The notes under the pieces are model-generated. The model was not told the DNA's origin. It ran no database searches and worked only from the letters and a program-made list of their open reading frames with translations. Shown one piece after another: positions 12,390 to 23,033 of a DNA stretch of 64,000 bases; position 1 is the first letter of the stretch, and the number at the start of each line of letters is the position of its first letter. Location of the stretch: NCBI GenBank assembly GCA_951406725.2, contig OX597822.1:51336001-51400000 (forward strand). Reading direction: 5' to 3'. This stretch comes from Octopus vulgaris. Its lineage: Eukaryota. The translations under genes were made by a program, and so were the position numbers.

Positions 12390-12660
12390 TGGTGTGTTAG
12401 TGGGTGTTACTGTTCCACTCGTGCTTTCTATTGAGTCTCGATCTGTCTACTGTTATGTGTGTAGGTTCATTGATCTGCGTATGTGCTGTGTTAGTTCTAT
12501 GTGTCGATAGTATTTTAACGGCTATGCTACTAATGGAACCTCCATATTCTGCCAGAGCATGTTTGTAGAGCACTGACGGGCTTTTCCCTTCTTTGGGCTC
12601 CCACCAATGTTCACCTATATGCTCTCCTATGCTGCGTGAAGCATATATATGCGCACGTTT
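12390..12660 (-). pseudogene. Penelope-like element GIY-YIG endonuclease C-terminal remnant
   Basis: AHIY-ASRSIGEHIGEHW...SVLYKHALAEYGG...VKILSTH...INEPTHI...RSRLNRKHEW matches the pattern YIGET-R-L--RI-EH...H...E-I-I...P-LNR of PLE endonucleases. Confidence 0.65.
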
Positions 12661-12679
12661 CAACTACTGTCGAACATAC

Positions 12680-12824
12680 ATGAAAAAGTCACCCCACAAT
12701 CCACAGGTTTCAGAGAATTAATCGATGAATGTTCGAGCAGGTCTTTCTCTGCTTCGTCTCCCGTGATTTGGCTCCCACAGTGATAACTTTCATCTAACTT
12801 CCTGCTTACTTTTCCTGCAATATC
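12680..12824 (-). CDS. Weak candidate host exon (DIAGKVSRKLDESYHCGSQITGDEAEKDLLEHSSINSLKPVDCG...)
   Basis: tttgcag acceptor at 12826-12825, open frame, donor GTGACT (12692) or GTATGT (12679). No recognisable homology. Confidence 0.2.
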
Positions 12825-13186
12825 CTGCAAATCGTGTTTGTGTGTGCAAATAGACAGAATTATATGGAGAAGGTATTGTTTAGAAGCAAACATCTGGTAA
12901 GCCGTGTAAGAAAATAAATAATAGAAGACAGTTATGTATGTTATATTTTGTTTAGCCAGACAAAGAAGCAAGTGTAATTATGAGAAACAAGTATTATAAA
13001 TGTTTTCTAAGAGATAGCGGAAAATATATTCCTCATAATGATAATAAATAAACGAAGAAGAAACATCTCCTCACTTGGCACAAAACGTATACAAAACCAT
13101 CATATACATGTTGGTGAGTCTATGTCTGAGAGTATATGTACGTCTGTTTGTGTATATATATATATCTATATGTGCGTCTGTGTGTG

Positions 13187-13291
<105 letters not shown>

Positions 13292-13581
13292 TTGTTTGTA
13301 TGTATACATAGTTAAACACATGTGCATGAACCTATAGTTATACACGCGTGCACAAACACATATACAAATATTTTTTGTATAACGCTCTTGTCTCATAATA
13401 ATGTTGAATAAATAATACTATACCTACTCTGTTATCTAATATAATGTGCCTACTCATTTCCTGAGTTTTCAAATCTTATTTGAAACTATACATACACACA
13501 CACATACGTATATATATATATATATATATATATGTAAAGTTACAAAGACATACTCTGTATGTATAGAAACTATACATACAT

Positions 13582-13648
<67 letters not shown>

Positions 13649-14162
13649 CACATATGTACATATATATGTATATATTCAACGTAAGGTTGCCTTGAAGAAC
13701 CTGAAACGTTCTGGTATCTGGGAAAGAATATTGTTAAGTTTTATAAGTACGTTTAGAAATATTAGTCTAATGTTCGTAATAAAATAACCTATTGGAGACC
13801 ACACTTGGTGCTATCGCACAAGCTTCCTGTTTTAAATTGTCGCTAATTAAATTCCTTTCATGAAAATGCCATATTAATGCATGTGCAAAATGCCAGCGTT
13901 TAATGGGAAAATTATTTTATTATAGTTTATATAATTTTAAAAATTAACAAACACAAAAATATAGTAATAAAAAATTAAAGCACTGTAAAATTTTTAAAAT
14001 AGAGAACATTCCAATCCATGTTTATCTGTTTGGGCATATATCTTAATTGCTAAGAGGTCAGGCTATTAGCCTCAAAACTGCGAGTTCAATTCCAGGCAGT
14101 CTCTTGAATAAATAATAGTAATAATAATAGCAATAATAGCAATAATAATAATAATAATAATA

Positions 14163-14368
14163 ACTCAACCTGAAGAAAATTCTAACTGGGCCCCACCTGC
14201 AAGGTCATGTGCTCTTTATCTTGATATGAGATCACCATGTCGCGCACATATGGTTGTGATGCATGTGCCTGGTGTACCTTTATCAGACGGGTAGTCATGA
14301 TGGGTATATTGGGCTTCGTATATTTTACCCCAGTGTCACTTTGATGGCATGAACTGCTCTCTCACTCA
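14163..14368 (+). mobile_element. 3' portion of ~550-bp (TAA)n-associated non-coding element
   Basis: Reverse complement of 58153-58350 and 34833-35030; flanked by (AAT)n on both sides. Confidence 0.8.
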
Positions 14369-14380
14369 ATAATAATAATA

Positions 14381-15747
14381 CAGTTTCAATATTGTTAACT
14401 GGTCAATTACTGACGTATGTCAGCTTGGCAGAAAAATATGAAAACTGTTGACAATGCATAAAATGCACCACCCTAAGGCAGATACAGAACGACTTTATCT
14501 GCCAAGAAAAGAGAGAGGCCGTGGTCTTTTACAACTGGCAATAACAATGAAGATTGCTACAATTGGCCTAGACACCTACCTGAAAAAGTCTTAGGACTGG
14601 ATGTTAAAACTTGTCTCAAAACATGAAAGCAAGAAAGCATCATACTCAGTAACAAAACAGGCAAAGGTATATCTAAGTGAATACCGAATACAACAAATTT
14701 CGGAATTAGAGATAGCCATACACAAAACAAGCACAGAAAAAGCTAAGCGCATGAAAACCCGTGCCAATACTGCGGCCTCAGATATGCTGAATAATAAATG
14801 GCAAGAACAACCTCTCTATGGCAAATACCCAAAGAGAGCGAATAATGCAGATATTGACAAAAACCTGACCCATCAATGGCTAATGGCTTCTGGCTTAAAA
14901 TCTGAAACAGAAGGGTTTATCATAGCAGCTCAAGATCAATGCCTACCAACAAGAAACTACCAGGCCAACATATTAAAGAGCGGCAGTAGCCCAACATGTC
15001 GTGTATGTCGACAACAAAATGAAACCATTGATCATATTGTCTCCAAGTGCAGTCTTCTAGCGTCTAGAGAGTACCTCAACAGGCATGATAGAGCTGCACA
15101 ATATATTCACTGGGTAATTTGCAAAAACCTGGATTTGCTCATGCAAAAAAACTGGAGGGAACACAATCCACCTCCAGTGCTTGAAAATGACCACATCGCA
15201 CTCCTCTGGAACTTCACCATTCAAACTGACAGAAAGATAGATGCAAACAGGCCAGACATCATATTGAAAGACTTCAGACAAAGAACATGCCTCCTCATTG
15301 ATATGACTGTCCCAATCGATATAAACGTATCTGTCAAGACCTACCAATAACTGAGCAAATATAAAGATCTTGAAATAGAAATCAGCAAAATGTCGAACCT
15401 GAAGACTAAAACAATACCTGTTGTCATAGGTGCCCTGGGAATGATAGCAAAAGGGGCTGATTGCTACCTAACTCAGATACCAGGAAACCCTAAAATGGCA
15501 GAAATTCAAAGACAGTGTTCATGGGAACTGCTCATATCCTACGCAAAATACTCTCTATGTAATCTCAAGGTTTAAAACAAACTTTTTTAAAAAATTTATT
15601 TATTAGACATTCACTAGTACAACACCAAAAAAACCCCAAATATATGGCACACTAGGCATAACAACAACGTGAACTTCCAACCTGTTGTCTCTTGAGGTCT
15701 CTGGGTGAGAATTGGAGCCAACTTGTACAAACATAAAGCAAAAGTCA

Positions 15748-15748
<1 letters not shown>
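14381..15748 (+). mobile_element. Dong/R4-like RLE non-LTR retrotransposon, 5'-truncated, in a (TAA)n array
   Basis: MHHPKADTERLYLPRKERGRGLLQL, then ORF 14601..15350: ETEGFIIAAQDQ, CRVC...ETIDHIVSKC, RHD, ANRPDIILKD...LIDMTVP (CCHC + RLE); then IPVVIGALG; (AAT)n on both flanks. Confidence 0.9.
14601..15350 (+). pseudogene. RLE-LINE C-terminal ORF fragment (zinc knuckle + restriction-like endonuclease)
   Basis: 249-aa ORF bounded by premature stops; motifs as in the enclosing element. Confidence 0.85.
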
Positions 15749-15793
<45 letters not shown>

Positions 15794-15821
15794 GTAATAA
15801 CAATAATAATAATAATATCAG

Positions 15822-15975
15822 CAAAAAATTACCTTAGGAGTGAGAACCCAGGGTTCGGTTCAAAATTCTGCTAGGACACCTGATGACGGCTGGAGAGTAA
15901 ATTCTCCGAAACATTGTGGTACAAACAAACAAGATGAGGACACATATCTATCCAATGTAAATAATGTAAATAATG
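15822..15975 (+). mobile_element. Penelope-like pseudo-LTR fragment with degenerate hammerhead motif
   Basis: CTGATGA (15880)...ggagagtaaattctcc-GAAAC (15908); downstream 'aaacaaacaagatgaggaca...aatgtaaataatgtaaat' recurs at 28222-28275. Confidence 0.5.
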
Positions 15976-15983
15976 CCATGTTT

Positions 15984-17501
15984 ATCTCTCTCTCAATAAA
16001 ATTCTTTGTCTGCCTATCTGACTGTTTCTTATGCATTCTCAAACAGTTCCTCCAAACCAGATCAAATATTAGAAGTTAATAGTATACGACCCTCGAGTGT
16101 CAACATCTAACTTTTTATTTTCATTTGGATTGAAATATAACATTTTCTCGAAAATAATATTTCTATAGTCAACTATAGAAGCGACCATTTTATACCATGA
16201 CAGTCTCACATTTTCTATATGTGTGTTTATGTGTCTATGTGTTTGCATGTGCGTGTTTGCGTGTTCGTTATGTACGAGATAGTAAAATACATTTTATACG
16301 ACGACGACGACGCATCTACCATTCTCTCTTCATTCTGTCAACTATTCTGTTGTAACGATGCCTGGTACCAACAAAATTATTACAACTACTTCTATTGTGT
16401 CCAATCTTCTGAACCGGTGTAATTGTGTACACCAACACTCAAACAAAATGTTAGAAAGGCTGAAGGTTCAAACAAAAACGCTGTGCCGGTGCATTTGTTC
16501 ATCAGTAAATATCCATGTTTTTACCATTTCTGGTACCAAAAAATTATTACAGTTTCTTTCATAGTTTACAATTTTCTGTATCGGCGGTATATTTGTGTAT
16601 CAGTAAATAACTATGGGTAAATATTTTGTAAACGACTCGTTCATACCTCGGTATTAAATGATGTTTTCCACAGTTTATTTTTTTTCTCGAGTGTATTCAA
16701 CGTATCTGACAACGCAAGCCACATTTTTTCGGAAAAGAATGGGGTAAGAAGTCAAAAATTATTTATAGAAAAGAAATGTGGGGGAGTGGTCAAAAAATTA
16801 TTTCACCGCGAAATATCGACGGGTCCTTTATCGCAAATAGCTGTTATGTCGTAGTAGAGCGTGCTAGAAATTGCAACCAAATCATTTCTTTTCTGAGGCT
16901 GACGTACGCATGATTTCGATGTCACATTCGTTGAAAGTATACGAAATGACCTCAAAAAAAAAAAAAACGAGCGAAACAAAATTCCGCTGGTGGGAAATTC
17001 CGAGGTCCACACCACCGCTCCACCCTTTTCTTTTCAGGAAAAAATGTGGCTTACAGTGTGTTTGGAGGTCAAATGTGTTGAATTCACTAGAAAAATCTCT
17101 GAGAAAAAATTATTTCACACAGAGGCACAAACGGGTCCTTTACGAACTATTTATCTCACCATGCTTAGAAGGAAGGTGACAAATTACGCTACAAGCAAAA
17201 AGAGTACTGTCTTAAGGCTATGAGTTTATAACCCATGTGCAATCGGGTCTTTCTGCTTGTAACTAATATAGTTTGTAGAATTATATCAATATAAAGAAGT
17301 GATGTTAAGAAATGGTTTCTTACAGAAAGAAATTCAGAGTATATCTGAAAGAGAGAGACATACGAACAGAGAGAGAGAGAGAGTGAAGGAGAGAATGAGA
17401 GAGAGAGAAAGTGAGAGTGAGAGAGAGTGAGCAAAATGAAATTTATGCTGATGCTTAAAATTTCGTAAAATTCTAACAGTTATATGGGTTACCAAGCAAG
17501 T
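15984..17501 (+). mobile_element. Possible non-autonomous Helitron-like element
   Basis: TC-start followed by 'aataaaattctttgtctg...', end 'gggttaccaagcaagt' resembling a degenerate CTAG|T 3' end; internal repeats 'aaaaaattatttcac' and 'gggtccttta'. Confidence 0.3.
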
Positions 17502-17949
17502 AAGATACAATACTCGACTTAAAGTTTTAATTAGAAACGAGCAGCTACTTTACAAATATGTATACTGCTAAAGAAAACTGAGACGGTGATAAGGGCGTTC
17601 ATTTGAATTTAATGAGAAAACTCTATGCTTATATATTTAAGAAAACTAAATGTGAAATAATGGTAAAATTATTTTTGAAATTAATAGGTTCTTGACGCTT
17701 GGAGAGTTAAATGTTACTTTCAGAATATGCAAATACAAAGTTTCCAATGTGGCAATTTCGCTACCTGGTCGTATCGTCACAACTTGAAATGGTTTTGAGA
17801 ACGTCTAGGGCATTTTTTCGTCATATGGGCAATTGTTTCATCAACTCAATTGCAGATGCGGCAAAGCGGAGACAATTGGTCAATTCTAAGGCTGACCCAC
17901 CGGTGTGTGAGTGGTCTAAGAGTTCGTAAGTCAGGTAAAAGAGTGGGTA

Positions 17950-18662
17950 TATTATCCGAAATGTACAGTATTTTATATCCATGATGGCTGATCATACCAA
18001 TCGGTTTCACGCTAGTAATACAACGGATTGTAAGGTAACAATCCGATTATATACCTTTACGCTCATGAGAGTTAAGCGATATCGGGGGGAATAAGGCGAC
18101 TGATCTCTATTATGGAAGGCGAAATGACATGTCCAGTTTACGCTTACTCTGAAAAAGATGGTGAAACGAGCCGGCAAAGTGTTTGACTAGTGCATACACC
18201 AACATACCCATGTACACAACCGCATGCCCTAACAAGGTAGACACCCACTGAATAGACTCTCTCCCACCAATCCAACACATATCCCGACATATATAGACCC
18301 CACGCACACACATTACACACCACACGCAAACATATATCCCCCTCGATCTTAGCCAATACAGAAAACGAACTAACAAACACAATTATATATACCTATATCC
18401 CTGGAAAAACATACATTTGATACCACTACACTTATGACATAACGCTTCCCCACAGGAGCACTACACTTAATAACGCACACACTTCCCACAAATGCTTCAA
18501 GATGAGAGCAGTCGCTATATTCCTTTCCATATCATCTAACTCTGATCAGCGTAGGATTTTATAATCGGATTGTTAACTAACACTTCATTGTATTCCGAGC
18601 GCGAAACCAACTGTTAAGATCAACCGTGATAGATATATATTACTGTACAATTCCATTATTAT
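17950..18662. mobile_element. Element with ~130-bp inverted terminal arms, each holding a hammerhead-like motif (Penelope-like inverted pLTRs)
   Basis: 17950-18080 is the diverged reverse complement of 18530-18662 (aacaatccgattata/tataatcggattgtt; tgtacagta/tactgtaca); CA-rich spacer. Confidence 0.65.
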
Positions 18663-18748
18663 TCATAAGCTTCAAGGTATTTTAATATGCTGCCACATTT
18701 TTTGATGGAATTTTTTTTTCTGTAAAAAAACTTCATCCTATATTAGCA

Positions 18749-18799
<51 letters not shown>

Positions 18800-19069
18800 C
18801 ATATGTATCAAATTTTAAATTTTAAACACCAATTGTCTTCTGTATATATCTTCGCTGCAGATAGGACCAGTTCTATGTCGCATCTACTGTCAAAATTGGA
18901 TTTGATACTTACATATATCCATATCTACAGTATAGGAGCAGCACATGACAAGATCATGGTTGGTTTACCTCACTGTGAACCTTATGTCATTACACCTATC
19001 CATTTCTGTCGCCCTAGTGTTGATGTGTCCTAGATTCTAATGAATAATATAACAAATATAAACATATAC

Positions 19070-19107
<38 letters not shown>

Positions 19108-19286
19108 CGACGGGTAGATGAATGGAGACATATGTATAGAAATATAGATAGATAGATAGATAAATAAATGTTTTGTGAGATCATATATGTGTGTATCGTT
19201 CAGTGTGTGTCACTCCCATACTGTATATGTGTCACTCTGTATATGCGCATGTACGAATGTCTGTGTATATATATATTTACAAACGT

Positions 19287-19317
<31 letters not shown>

Positions 19318-19495
19318 ACATTATTAAATCTCTGAACGAGATGTAAACAGTAACCGCTCGACAATGTAAAGTATACCATAAGGGCACAGATAGTGTGCTT
19401 AAAGCCAGCTGGAGACGATGATCTCCTGGGGCTAAAAGCTACAGTACCCCCCCCCACCTTTTGTGGTTACCCATTTTGAGATGGCTTTTAGACTT

Positions 19496-19538
<43 letters not shown>

Positions 19539-19552
19539 AACATGCATACATA

Positions 19553-19583
<31 letters not shown>

Positions 19584-19609
19584 GGCTGTGTGGTAAGTAG
19601 CTTGCTACA

Positions 19610-19644
19610 CGCAGGGGTGGCTGTGTGGTAAGTAGCTTGTTTAC
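19610..19644 (+). mobile_element. 5' head of tRNA-derived SINE, interrupted (remainder at 22523-22940); extra head copy at 19583-19606
   Basis: cgcaggggtggctgtgtggtaagtagcttgtttac equals the SINE 5' end. Confidence 0.8.
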
Positions 19645-20073
19645 GTCATTGATACCTCATTGCGCATGTGCGAATTAGAGTTGTGTTTGACACCGAAGAA
19701 TTAAGACGTGCTTTTGAAAGCCGTCTTAAATTGAAGACTTTTCAATACCCAGCCGTAAGATAAGAATTTTTGGGGTCTAGTGGGGACCTGTTGTATGTCG
19801 CAATTTATTTTTACAAGCAAGAAGTCCTGAGGCTGAGTGAAAATATTATTCACTTAATTGTGAAAATGATTGGTTTGGTGGCCATTTTATGCCAAAATTT
19901 TTGTTTGAAAATAACGTTGTTCCTGTTTAGGAGTACCTAGAAGAAAATTGGAATGATTTGTTTAACTGTTTTACAATTGTGTTAAATTTTGGCCTGGAGT
20001 ACCAAGTGGCCTTTGCGGTGGTTTGAACTGTTGCTCTCTCTTCTTCGATCCTTGATTAAAAAAAAAAACACTT

Positions 20074-20782
20074 GGATCTTTTCCTTTTGAACAGCAGTTT
20101 GTAACATAATTTCTAGGTAACTAAAAAGTTTTAAACTTCGTATACTGGTAGCATGTGTTTATAAAACATCATTTTCTCTTGGTTTTATTGAGAAAAGTTT
20201 GTAAGATATTGCGTCTGAAAATCCGAACATTTTGGCAATTTTAACCAATCGATTACCTCCATTGAACTAAAATCATTTCCTGCGTCTAAAACTGAGACAA
20301 CATCCTGTAACTAAACCTACCCCCCCCCCCCTAATCCTAACCCTAACCATAAATTTTTCTTTTCTTAATTGTTAAATTAATTTAATTGTTACGCGTGTAA
20401 AAAATACTAAAGCATACGTACGGAAAGCGTGTGTATAAAATTATAGAATTAGTTTGTTTGTTAATTGCTTAGATTATTTTCCATTGCTTTAGATATTTTT
20501 TACACGCGTAATAATTAAATTAATTTATGGTTAGGGTTAGGTTTAGGGGGAGGTTTAGGGTTAGTTACAGGATGTTGTCTCAGCTTTAGACGCAGGAAAT
20601 GATTTTAACTCAAAAGAGAGCATAGGACTGGTTAAAATTCGAAAAATTAAACAAACAAATTATAATTTTCTCAAGAAAGTCAAGAGAGAAAAATGTTTTA
20701 TTTTGACACATTCTACCAGTATACGAAGTTTTAAAGTGTTTAGTTAACTAGAAATTGTCTGCCGTTCAAAAGGAAAAGATCC
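20074..20782. mobile_element. ~710-bp palindromic (fold-back) MITE with internal telomere-like hexamers
   Basis: GGATCTTTTCCTTTTGAAC...GTTCAAAAGGAAAAGATCC termini; arms complementary over ~340 bp; cctaaccctaacc / ggttagggttagg inside; inserted between TT and AA. Confidence 0.9.
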
Positions 20783-20927
20783 AAAAACTTTATTGAACTG
20801 TTAATTTTTTCTTTCTCCTTCTTTTTGTTTGGACTTTTTTCCTCTTCCTTCTTTTTCTTCAATTAATTTATATTTTAACAACTGTATTTTGGGGCTCTTT
20901 TTTGAAAAAAAAACATTGCAAATAACA

Positions 20928-22184
20928 ATGAAAAGTTGGTAGCGTGGGAAATTACACCAACCAAAAAAAGGTTAAAAGAGCTTGAAAGTAAGACGATGGT
21001 TTTGAGGACCTACCCTAGGACCCTCGACGCCATTGCCGTTTTCAGAAAGAACATAATCGAAAGAGAGCTGGCAGCGATTAAATTTATCACTCGGGGGGTC
21101 AAGTACGCAAACGTGTGGTTGCTGTTTGACTCCCCATAATGATGTTTGACTCTCCAGAAGTGGCCTGTGAATTTGCAAGCCAGCCCCTGGAGGGTAATGA
21201 AATTTTGTTTCTTCTCACTCATTGTGGGAAGAGTTTTACGAGGGCTTGGGTTTGCGGCTTGCCACCCGGATTCGATCCACAGTGGATATGAGATACTATC
21301 TGCCGGGGTCTGGGTGGCCAGTAGCACCAAGCTCCTCAGCGTAAATATTCTGCCTGCGGCTGACTGGGATGGGTCAAAACTGTTTTGACCCTATGGACCT
21401 AGTCAGCTGAAAGTCTGGTATTTCCAGACTTTTTGAGAATGGCCGGGTCTAAGTATCCGGTGATTCTTGAGGGACGCCTCCACCCAAGTGTCATCGGTGC
21501 TTGAAACCTGGCCATATAAAAAAATAACTGTTCGCAAGGGCAAAGCAAAGGCCCAGAGCGGTTGACCGAGACCTCTGTAAAGGAGGGAATGAAGGCGGCC
21601 GAAGAGACGGAGGACTCCTCAAAGAAGAGCCGCAAAAGGAAGGAGAGCAATAATGGGTGCTCACCGAAGGATCCTGTGGATTAGGGAGGGGAGGCGAATC
21701 TCCAGGTCACGGAGAAAACGCACCCTCCCCCTGTCGAGAAGAAAAAAGAGGAAGAGGAGGAGAAACGGGACGTTCCCGGCAGTCGGAGACATGACGCCGG
21801 AGTATCACGGAGCCTCGTCGGTTGTGCCACCGGAGGAAGAGGGAGACACCATTGGCGGGAATTGTGCCGCCAACGGTAAAATTAACCGACCCGGACCTGA
21901 TGGACCTGAAACTGTTGGTCTTCTTTTATACGGGCGGAGAGGTGGAAAAGATAGTGAAAGAACACTACGAGGGAATACCTTTGGACTTCACACAGGAACC
22001 CGAATGGCCTCCGCAGATAGCTGTGGAAGTCATAACGTTGCGCCTGTTTATGATGCTGAAGGGACTAAAAGAAGAATATCGCTCGTGGCCGGGTGTCGCC
22101 AACTCGGAGCCCGCCTTGATTTTAAACGAAGCATGGGCTATAGCGGATTACACGGACACAAGTGATTATGAGGTAGAAAATTGA
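20928..22184 (+). pseudogene. L1/Tx1-type ORF1 (gag-like, CCHC zinc knuckle), frameshifted
   Basis: Joined frames read ...FDSPEVACEFASQPLEG...GKSFTRAWVCGLPPGFDPQWI...FPDFLRMAGSKYPVILEGR-PKCHRCLKPGHIKK-NC (C-x2-C-x4-H-x4-C at ~21489-21531), then a K/E-rich linker and a C-terminal region (21822..22184). Confidence 0.7.
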
Positions 22185-22522
22185 CAAGAGGTTGAAAAGC
22201 CTCAGTGTTATAAAGTGTAAGAGGCTCAGCGCCTCATTAGTAAATGGACTACTGTTGATTGCATATTGAATATTTTTTGCATGTTAATATTTGTAATGGA
22301 CTATTAAGTCCAAAAACTGTAAAAACTGTTGTGAGAGGTTCAATACCTGGCTTTGTTTATTCTGTTTTAAAAAAAGAACAATGTTTTAGAGATGAAAATC
22401 GGCGGGCAATTTTTGCCTTCTCTCAGCAATATCATCCTTATTTCATCATTCACCTCATCAATGTATATGTCCAGCCCGCAGCTACTCTTTGTAATGCCTT
22501 GATTGAAAATCTTTATGAAATA

Positions 22523-22665
22523 AAGTAGCTTGCTTACCAACCACATGGTTCCAGGATCAGTCCCACTGCGTGACAGCTTGGGCGAGTGTCTTCTACTGTA
22601 ACCTCGAGCCGACCAAAGCCTTGTGAGTGGATTTGGTACGCGGAAACTTAAAGAAGCCTGTCGTA

Positions 22666-22725
<60 letters not shown>

Positions 22726-22940
22726 ATTGTGTACATGTTTGTGTGTCTGTGTTTGTCCCCCCAACATTGCTTGGCAACCGATGGTGGTGTGTTTACGTCC
22801 CCGTAACTTAAAGGTTCAGTAAAAGGGACCGATAGAAGAAGAACTAGGCTTACAAAGAATAACTCCTGGGGTTGATTTGCTCGACTAAAAGCTGTGCTCC
22901 ATCATGGCCGCAGTCAGATGGCTGAAACAACTAAAAGAGT
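22523..22940 (+). mobile_element. tRNA-derived SINE body (continuation of 19610-19644)
   Basis: aagtagcttgcttaccaaccacatggttccaggatcagtccc...gaccaaagccttgtgagtggatttgg...gctgaaacaactaaaagag. Confidence 0.85.
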
Positions 22941-22954
22941 ATATATATATATAT

Positions 22955-23009
<55 letters not shown>

Positions 23010-23033
23010 TGAATATATATATATATATATATA

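Larger units (their letters stand above)
19645..22522 (+). mobile_element. ORF1-only L1/Tx1-like retroposon (HAL1-like) with 15-bp TSD
   Basis: Flanked by aagtagcttgYttac (19630-19644 and 22523-22537); ends in AATAAA; holds a decayed ORF1 and no ORF2 motifs. Confidence 0.7.

Noticed and set aside
13685-13720. ttgaaga...gaaacgttc as another hammerhead
   Set aside because: No convincing helix I or helix II; too degenerate to call.
20315-20565. Interstitial telomere
   Set aside because: Only two or three imperfect hexamers per side, and they are symmetric parts of the MITE arms.
21653-22165. 170-aa Arg-rich ORF as an independent or viral gene
   Set aside because: Alternative frame of the purine-rich ORF1 linker; context (TSD, zinc knuckle, AATAAA) indicates a retroposon.
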